Shown: piece after piece, positions 10,465-16,634 of the stretch
Position numbering within the stretch: the first letter of the stretch is position 1
Layout: each line of letters opens with the position of its first letter
Assembly (NCBI GenBank): GCA_964619145.1
Contig: CAZUCG010000001.1
Span: forward strand, 1-31,627
Reading direction: 5' to 3'
Length of the DNA stretch: 31,627 nt
Origin: an uncultured Lentisphaeraceae bacterium
GTDB taxonomy: Bacteria; Verrucomicrobiota; Lentisphaeria; Oligosphaerales; Oligosphaeraceae
Translations under genes and position numbers: made by a program
The notes under the pieces: model-generated
What the model was told of the DNA's origin: nothing
Database searches by the model: none
Seen by the model: the letters and a program-made list of their open reading frames with translations, nothing else

Positions 10465-10502
10465 GAAGCGCGACTTCCTTAGAGATCGCCCGTGAGACAA
10501 TG

Positions 10503-10544
10503 CCGCTCCGCCTCTTCCAAAAGAATTGCCGGAGCGGTTTTTTT
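10503..10544 (+). terminator. Rho-independent terminator after the PIG-L gene
   Basis: Stem CCGCTCCG (10503-10510)/CGGAGCGG (10530-10537) followed by TTTTTTT; the loop is long (19 nt). Confidence 0.7.
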
Positions 10545-10629
10545 GTCTGGCAGTCGAACTGTTGCGATTGTTGGCTGAATCTTCCCAGGATTGACAACCC
10601 CTCGAGAATGATCTTGTCAGCAGCGTAAA

Positions 10630-10657
10630 TTGTCTCGACAGACTGGGCTGCTATAGT
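10630..10657 (+). promoter_or_regulatory. Putative sigma70 promoter for the FAD oxidoreductase
   Basis: TTGTCT, 16-nt spacer, TATAGT. Confidence 0.35.
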
Positions 10658-10778
10658 TGATATTTACTTTTTCGGCAATATATTTAGTTTAAGACCCGTA
10701 AGTCAACTTAGGCTGATTGTCTGGCGATCTTGACCTTAGCGCGCGAGCATTTTCGGATTATCTATTTGCACCAATGTT

Positions 10779-12215
10779 ATGAATACCATCGTTTCTGAAA
10801 AATATCAGCGCCTGACTCCGGCCAGCATCACTGCCCTGCAGCAGATTGTGGGGAAATCACAGGTGCTTTACCAGAACCCAGATAAATTAGCGGAGTTTTC
10901 CCACGACGAAATCCCCGGCACGCATTACCGGGCGATGCCGGAAGCAGTCGTCTTCCCGGCCACAACCGCCGAAGTCGCCGCCATTGTGCAGTTAGCCAAT
11001 CAGCAGAAGATTCCTCTGACGCCGCGCGGGGCCGGCTCCGGCCTGTCTGGCGGCGCGGTGCCGATTTACGGCGGAATAGTGGTCAGCACCAATCGCTTGA
11101 ACCGTATTTTGGAAACCGACTGCGAGAATATGATGATCACCGTCGAACCCGGGGTTATTGCCAATGACCTCAATGAGCATCTGAGACCGTATGGCCTGTT
11201 CTATGCCGGTTATCCAATGAGTATGGAGACCTGCTATATCGGCGGCAATGTCGCCGAGAATGCCGGCGGTGGCAAAGCCATTAAATACGGGGTGACTGGT
11301 CGCTATGTCTTGGGGCTCGAGGTCGTTCTGCCCAATGGCAGCATCGTGGAAATGGGCGGTAAGCTGCTCAAGGATGTAACTGGCTACAACTTGGTGCAGT
11401 TGCTAGTCGGCTCAGAGGGTACCCTCGGCATTGTGACCAAGGTCATTCTTAAGCTATTGCCCCGGCCAAAATACCAGGCCGATTTGCTTTGCCTGTTCTA
11501 CAGCAGCGAGCAGGCAATCGCTGCTGTGCCCAAAATCTTGACCGAATCCGGAGTCCTGCCGACTTCGCTGGAATTTATGGACCGCAGCGGGTTTTTGGCG
11601 GCTTGCGCTTACCTGAATGAGTCCCTGCCCTGCCAGGATTGTGGCGCGATGCTGCTGATCAGCGTGGATGGCTTTGAGCAAGAACAAGTCGAGAAGGATT
11701 ACGATAAGATCGGCACTTACTGTCAGGAGGCCGGCGCGAGCGAAATCTACGTCGCCGATAACAGCGCCGATTCTGAGCGCTTATGGAAGATCCGCCGCAG
11801 TATCCCAGAGGCTTTCAGCCTGGCGAATAAGTTGCAGAGTGGCGAAGATGTGGTGGTGCCCCCGACAAAAATTCCGCTATTGGCAGATACTTTCCAGAAA
11901 ATTGCGAAAAAATACGGCGTATCCATCCCCTGTTATGGGCACGCTGGTGATGGTAACTTGCACGCCCGAGTGACACCGCCGGCCGACTGGTGTGAAGAAA
12001 AATGGCAGGCGATAATCCCCGCTATCCTGCGAGAAATCTATGCAGTGGTAAAAAGTGTCGGCGGGAGAATTTCCGGCGAACACGGAATTGGCCACAAACG
12101 CAAGCCCTATCTGGAGTGCGTGCTCTCGCCAGAATATCTCGAACTGCTGAGGGCAGTTAAATTGGCCTTCGACCCTAATAACATTATGAACCCAGGAAAA
12201 ATTTTCGATTGCTGA
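10779..12215 (+). CDS. FAD-binding oxidoreductase, GlcD / D-lactate (D-2-hydroxyacid) dehydrogenase family, 478 aa
   Basis: TPRGAGSGLSGG, IGGNVAENAGG, GSEGTLGIVT, GHAGDGNLH, GEHGIG, DPNNIMNPGK. Confidence 0.9.
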   Translation: MNTIVSEKYQRLTPASITALQQIVGKSQVLYQNPDKLAEFSHDEIPGTHYRAMPEAVVFPATTAEVAAIVQLANQQKIPLTPRGAGSGLSGGAVPIYGGIVVSTNRLNRILETDCENMMITVEPGVIANDLNEHLRPYGLFYAGYPMSMETCYIGGNVAENAGGGKAIKYGVTGRYVLGLEVVLPNGSIVEMGGKLLKDVTGYNLVQLLVGSEGTLGIVTKVILKLLPRPKYQADLLCLFYSSEQAIAAVPKILTESGVLPTSLEFMDRSGFLAACAYLNESLPCQDCGAMLLISVDGFEQEQVEKDYDKIGTYCQEAGASEIYVADNSADSERLWKIRRSIPEAFSLANKLQSGEDVVVPPTKIPLLADTFQKIAKKYGVSIPCYGHAGDGNLHARVTPPADWCEEKWQAIIPAILREIYAVVKSVGGRISGEHGIGHKRKPYLECVLSPEYLELLRAVKLAFDPNNIMNPGKIFDC

Positions 12216-12371
12216 TGCGATTACACTCTCGCTGTGACTCCGCGGTGCGAGGCATAATCGCCGGTACTGGCGATTCCGCACGATGCCGGCCATACTTACG
12301 AAATGCTGTAACCCCAGCCGAACAATCTTTTGCGCAAATACGACATTTCTCTAAACCAAAAACAAAGACCA

Positions 12372-13202
12372 GTGTTGCAAGTATTGCCATTTAAATTTCC
12401 TGCTGGACAAATAGCCTTGGGCGCATCGCCCAAGGTTATGGGCATCCTCAATGTCACGCCAGATTCCTTTTCTGATGGCGGGCATTACCAACTTGTGGAT
12501 CAGGCGCTCGTACACGCTCGGCAAATGTTGGAAGAGGGGGCCGATTTCCTGGATATCGGCGGCGAATCTACTCGACCAGGCTTTACAACTGTACCTGTCG
12601 AAGAGGAAATCCGCCGAGTGCTGCCGGTTATCCAGGCAGTGCGAGCATTCAGCGACGTGCCGATCAGTATCGATACCAATAAGGCTGAAGTTGCGAATGC
12701 CGCCTTAGCGGCTGGCGCAGACATTATCAATGATGTCACAGCTTGGGAAGACCCCGCGATGCCGGCCGTGGCCCGAAAATATCGAGCCGGGACAATCCTG
12801 ATGCATAATCAGCCCCTGCCAAAAAACAGCAATACCATCGAAGCAGTGAAAAAATTTTTATTGGCTCGTCGAGAGTGGGCTTGTCAGCAATCTGGTTTAG
12901 GACCGGAGTACTTCGTTTTCGACCCCGGCATCGGCTTCCAAAAAGATTTGTCTCAGAATCTCTCGCTACTGCGGCATTGCGGTGACTTGCGCCAAGCCGG
13001 CGCGCCGGTGATGATAGCGATGTCCAATAAATCCTGTCTGGGGCTGGTCACCGGTATCACCCAGCCGTCGCAGCGTACCTACGCTACCGTCGCCGCAGCA
13101 GTTTGCTGCCTGCTGTACGGCGGCGACATCTGGCGGGTACATAATGTCGCCGCCACCCGACAGGCACTACAGGTCGGGCAGGCAATTATGGCTGCCGAAT
13201 GA
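12372..13202 (+). CDS. folP: Dihydropteroate synthase (start GTG 12372 or TTG 12330)
   Basis: MGILNVTPDSFSDGG, DIGGESTRPG, SIDT, INDV, DPGIGF, SNKS (canonical SRKS), RVHNV. Confidence 0.93.
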   Translation: MLQVLPFKFPAGQIALGASPKVMGILNVTPDSFSDGGHYQLVDQALVHARQMLEEGADFLDIGGESTRPGFTTVPVEEEIRRVLPVIQAVRAFSDVPISIDTNKAEVANAALAAGADIINDVTAWEDPAMPAVARKYRAGTILMHNQPLPKNSNTIEAVKKFLLARREWACQQSGLGPEYFVFDPGIGFQKDLSQNLSLLRHCGDLRQAGAPVMIAMSNKSCLGLVTGITQPSQRTYATVAAAVCCLLYGGDIWRVHNVAATRQALQVGQAIMAAE

Positions 13203-13216
13203 AAAGCCAGCCAATC

Positions 13217-13245
13217 TTGCCCTGATAAGACCACCGAGGCATAAT
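13217..13245 (+). promoter_or_regulatory. Putative internal sigma70 promoter for cdaA-cdaR-miaA
   Basis: TTGCCC, 17-nt spacer, CATAAT in the folP-cdaA gap. Confidence 0.45.
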
Positions 13246-13283
13246 CAAGCAACAATAGCAACTCTCAGTAGGAACAGCCTTAA

Positions 13284-14201
13284 ATGTGGGAAGTTTTCGC
13301 GAACATCTTTCAGATCGTGATATTGGCCTTGTTCTTCTATATGGTCATGCGACTGTTGCGGGGCACGCCGGGATTATTGATGCTTGGCGTAGTCGTGGTG
13401 GTTATCCCAACCCTGAGTTTGGCGGCGAACTTCTTCCAGTTGGAAGTCCTGCAATGGCTCCTGCAGAATATTAGCGAGAGCCTGCCGATAATGCTGATTA
13501 TCATCTTCCATTCCGAGATCCGCCGGCTGCTGGCCTTCGTTGGCAGACATCGCTTGCGGGTCTTTCAACGCTTGCTGTCGGAGAAGAAGAAACAGCGCGC
13601 TATTGATATGATCGAGGAGATCGTGGATGCCGTCTGTGCCTTCACCACCCGACCGAATTGGCGCTCCCCAAAGACACCGAATAAACTCAAGAATGTCTTC
13701 CAGAATACTGGCGCGTTGATTGCCATAGAATTGGCACCACGCTTAAATGAGTATATTGAGAAGGGGGTGGAAATCAACGCCAAGGTCAACAGCTTGCTGT
13801 TGCAGACGATTTTTTACAATGGTACGCCTTTTCACGACGGCGGGATCATCATCCGCAATGAGCAGGTCGCGGCTGCGGCCTGTCAATTCCCACTTTCCAG
13901 CAGCGCCAGAAATCAGTCGGTCCACACGCGTCATAGTGCCGCGATTGGCCTCTCTGAGCAGGTCGCTGATGCAGTCGTTATCGTTGTTTCAGAGGAAACC
14001 GGCACAGTTAGCGCTACCTTCAAGCAAGGCGAATTGCAAGTTATGGATACGCCACGGCAACTCGATAAGCTCCTGCGCCAGAAATTACACGTCCTCCCCG
14101 GTGACGAAGGCCAAATCGGACTCTGGGAAAAGTTAGCCGACAAGTTTTTACAGTTGGTTGCCAAGTTCAAGACTCGCAAACAAACTACGAGCAAAGAATA
14201 G
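13284..14201 (+). CDS. cdaA: Membrane-anchored diadenylate cyclase CdaA/DacA (DisA_N domain), variant motifs, 305 aa
   Basis: Three N-terminal hydrophobic segments, IIIFHSEIRR, TGALIAIE, TPFHDGGIII, TRHSAAIGLSE, IVVSEETGTVS. Classic position between folP and a ybbR gene. Confidence 0.88.
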   Translation: MWEVFANIFQIVILALFFYMVMRLLRGTPGLLMLGVVVVVIPTLSLAANFFQLEVLQWLLQNISESLPIMLIIIFHSEIRRLLAFVGRHRLRVFQRLLSEKKKQRAIDMIEEIVDAVCAFTTRPNWRSPKTPNKLKNVFQNTGALIAIELAPRLNEYIEKGVEINAKVNSLLLQTIFYNGTPFHDGGIIIRNEQVAAAACQFPLSSSARNQSVHTRHSAAIGLSEQVADAVVIVVSEETGTVSATFKQGELQVMDTPRQLDKLLRQKLHVLPGDEGQIGLWEKLADKFLQLVAKFKTRKQTTSKE

Positions 14202-14259
14202 TACCGGCAAGTGGACCATTTCCTTTTTCTTAACCTCAGCAAACAAGCAGTAATTCGCA

Positions 14260-15363
14260 ATGAGTTGGTCGAATTTCAGTCACAAGCTCCGCTATTATTT
14301 CCAGCCCATCTGGCTAAGCATCTGCACCGATATCTGGCGCAAATCCTTCGCCTTGCTGCTGGGATTTATTTGTTGGTATTACATCTATATTGGTTTCCGC
14401 GAGAAGGATAACGAATGGCGGACTTTCGCGAAGGTCCCGGTGAGCTTACAAAAACACCCCGAATTCTACTTGCCTCGACAGGAGAACTTGACTGTCGAGC
14501 TGAAGATCGCGGTCGAGAGCTCAGCTCGGAAGGGGAGCATTGCCCCAGATGATTTTTTGATCGAGATTAATCCCGCCCGACTGAAGTTGCCATCACTCGA
14601 AGATAGCAATTTTTTGCGGCGGCCCTACAAAGTTACTTTGAACGTAGACGAGCATATTAAACAGAAGCCGCCGGGAGTGAAAGTCTTGCGCTTCGACCCG
14701 CCCGAAGTGGAAATCTATTTTGATCGTCGTTTGCAAGTGCAAAAGAAAGTCTATGTGACTATCCAAGGGCGTTTGCGAGAAGGCTTCGATTATCGCTACG
14801 AATTAAGTCAAGATACAGTTACCGTGGAAGGGCCGGCTTCAGAGTTGGCCAATTTGCTGGTGATATACAGCGCCCCACTGCTGTTGAATGAAACTATGCA
14901 ACACGATTTTTCCACCAAACTGGGCGTCGCCAGCCCAGATGGCAGTAAATTCAATGTCTTCCCCGATACTGTCGAAGTCAAGGTTAATATTGAAGACAAA
15001 AAAAGCGTCATCAGCCAGAAATTCGCGGCGGTGAAATTGGCCCTGCTGTTCCCCAGCCGCAGCCATTTGCGAGTGACTAATCAGTTGCCCGATAGCGTGG
15101 AGGTGATCTTACGGGGTCAAAGGGAATTGATGAACGCTATCAAACCGGAACAATTTACCGCATTTTTGGACCTGACCCACCTTACCACACCTGGGACGTA
15201 TGACGAACTGGCAGTGCAATTCGTCGGCTTGCCCGCTGAAATCAAGCCATTCTTTATCAAGCCAGATAAATTTATCGTCACTTTAGCTGCGAGAATGCCA
15301 GCCGGTGGCAGCAGCGATGCGGCTAAGGCTTCAACAGATATCCCCGGCAATAATGGCAATTAA
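14260..15363 (+). CDS. cdaR: CdaR/YbbR-like regulator of diadenylate cyclase, 367 aa
   Basis: N-terminal TM (KSFALLLGFICWYYI) then repeated beta-rich units ending P..V.V (PPEVEI, QDTVTVEGPASEL, PDTVEV, PDSVEVILRG). Directly after cdaA. Confidence 0.8.
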   Translation: MSWSNFSHKLRYYFQPIWLSICTDIWRKSFALLLGFICWYYIYIGFREKDNEWRTFAKVPVSLQKHPEFYLPRQENLTVELKIAVESSARKGSIAPDDFLIEINPARLKLPSLEDSNFLRRPYKVTLNVDEHIKQKPPGVKVLRFDPPEVEIYFDRRLQVQKKVYVTIQGRLREGFDYRYELSQDTVTVEGPASELANLLVIYSAPLLLNETMQHDFSTKLGVASPDGSKFNVFPDTVEVKVNIEDKKSVISQKFAAVKLALLFPSRSHLRVTNQLPDSVEVILRGQRELMNAIKPEQFTAFLDLTHLTTPGTYDELAVQFVGLPAEIKPFFIKPDKFIVTLAARMPAGGSSDAAKASTDIPGNNGN

Positions 15364-16306
15364 TACCCAACCTTGTTTGATTGTTACTGGGCCGACTGCT
15401 ACCGGGAAGACACACTTGGCGGTAGCGCTGGCTAGAAAATTCCAGGGTGAGATTATCAGCGCTGATTCGCGCCAAGTCTATCGCGGGCTCGATATCGGCA
15501 CCGGCAAAGACTTGCAGGAATATGGTAGCGATAATGACCGCATCCCCGCGCATTTGCTCGATGTGGTTGAGCCAGGGGAGGAGTTCCATCTCTTCCGCTT
15601 TGTCCAGCTGGCCAGAGATGCTATCCAGGATATCGGTCAGCGTCAGCGACTGCCGATTATCGCCGGTGGCTCGCCGTTGTATCTGCGGGCGTTGCTCGAT
15701 GGTTATGAGTTGCAGGGTCCCCCGCCTGATACCGCCTATCGGCAGCAACTCTCGACACTGTCGGAGCAGGAGCTGATTGGGATGCTGCAACGCCAGGCTA
15801 CACCAGCGCTCTTTGCCCGCACTGACTTGACGCAACGGCGGCGGTTGATCCGGGCTTTGGAGATTGCCCGCTCCGGCGGCGACGGAAATTTCCCACCTGT
15901 CGGCCTGGAGAATACCTTGATTCTCGCTCCTAAGTATCCGCGGCCAGTTTGTCATCAGCGCATCGAACAGCGCTTGGATGAACGCCTGGCGCACGGCTTG
16001 CCGGAGGAAGTCGAGCGCTTGCATCAACAGGGGCTATCTTGGGAGAAATTGGAATGGCTCGGTTTGGAATATCGCTATCTGGCCCAATATTGGCAAGGGC
16101 AGCTGACTTGGGCGGAAATGCGTCAGGCACTCTTGGCCCGGATCCGGCAGTTCTGCAAGCGCCAGGATATCTGGTTCCGGAAAATGGAACGCGAGGGCAA
16201 GAAGATCCACTGGCTGCCTGAAGGAGATTTCACACTTGCCTGCCGCTTGACCGAAGAATGGCTGGCCCAACAACGCAATGCCAAAACTTCAGCCCCACTT
16301 GGTTGA
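15353..16306 (+). CDS. miaA: tRNA dimethylallyltransferase (MiaA), 317 aa; overlaps the cdaR stop by 11 nt
   Basis: GPTATGKT P-loop, SADSRQVYRGLDIGTGK, HLLDVV, GGSPLY, RRLIRALEI, RQFCKRQDIWFR. The ORF-track GTG 15305 extension looks non-coding for this gene. Confidence 0.93.
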   Translation: MAINTQPCLIVTGPTATGKTHLAVALARKFQGEIISADSRQVYRGLDIGTGKDLQEYGSDNDRIPAHLLDVVEPGEEFHLFRFVQLARDAIQDIGQRQRLPIIAGGSPLYLRALLDGYELQGPPPDTAYRQQLSTLSEQELIGMLQRQATPALFARTDLTQRRRLIRALEIARSGGDGNFPPVGLENTLILAPKYPRPVCHQRIEQRLDERLAHGLPEEVERLHQQGLSWEKLEWLGLEYRYLAQYWQGQLTWAEMRQALLARIRQFCKRQDIWFRKMEREGKKIHWLPEGDFTLACRLTEEWLAQQRNAKTSAPLG

Positions 16307-16505
16307 TTTATGCCAGCGGTTAACATAACTAGGATCGCTTGCCCGCCGGTAAGATGGAACTGGGTAGCAGCGGCTCGTAATCCGCCCCGTTTGGGACCCG
16401 CGTGCGCGTTTGAAATTCTCCTCCTGCCGCTGTTGACGGTTAATTCACAAGACTGCAGGATTGCTAAGCAAGAATGCCAATTCTGACAAATGCCGCTGGA
16501 CGAAT

Positions 16506-16523
16506 TGCATTTCGTGAAATGCA
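16506..16523. promoter_or_regulatory. 18-bp palindrome, candidate transcription-factor operator
   Basis: TGCATTTC-GT-GAAATGCA, perfect 8-bp arms, ~110 nt upstream of the six-gene cluster. Confidence 0.45.
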
Positions 16524-16634
16524 GAATAGATTTTCAAATGCCTGCTGTTTGCTGTAGCTTAAATCCACTTCTCTCCAATTATCAATAAGAACAATTATCT
16601 TTGCCAATATTCATTATTAAAGAGGAATTGCAGA

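Noticed and set aside
8572-12274. CTGGCGAT recurring in three consecutive intergenic regions (8572, 10721, 12267)
   Set aside because: A short GC-rich word at inconsistent distances from starts and promoters, with no dyad symmetry.
12217-12330. Known folate-pathway riboswitch (ZTP or THF) before folP
   Set aside because: Only GTACTGGCGA resembles the ZTP 5' strand; the GGGAGC and CGCCTGGGC elements and the THF consensus are missing.
16330-16440. c-di-AMP (ydaO) riboswitch near cdaA, or a functional tRNA-Thr/Leu/Sec
   Set aside because: It lacks the GGGGTGAAT and CAGCTAAC elements; the tRNA arms are unpaired and there is no TCA anticodon. Kept only as a low-score relic finding.
16475-16558. 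27-aa ORF (MPILTNAAGRIAFREMQNRFSNACCLL) upstream of the DUF4838 gene
   Set aside because: No RBS, no coupling to the next gene and no compositional signal.
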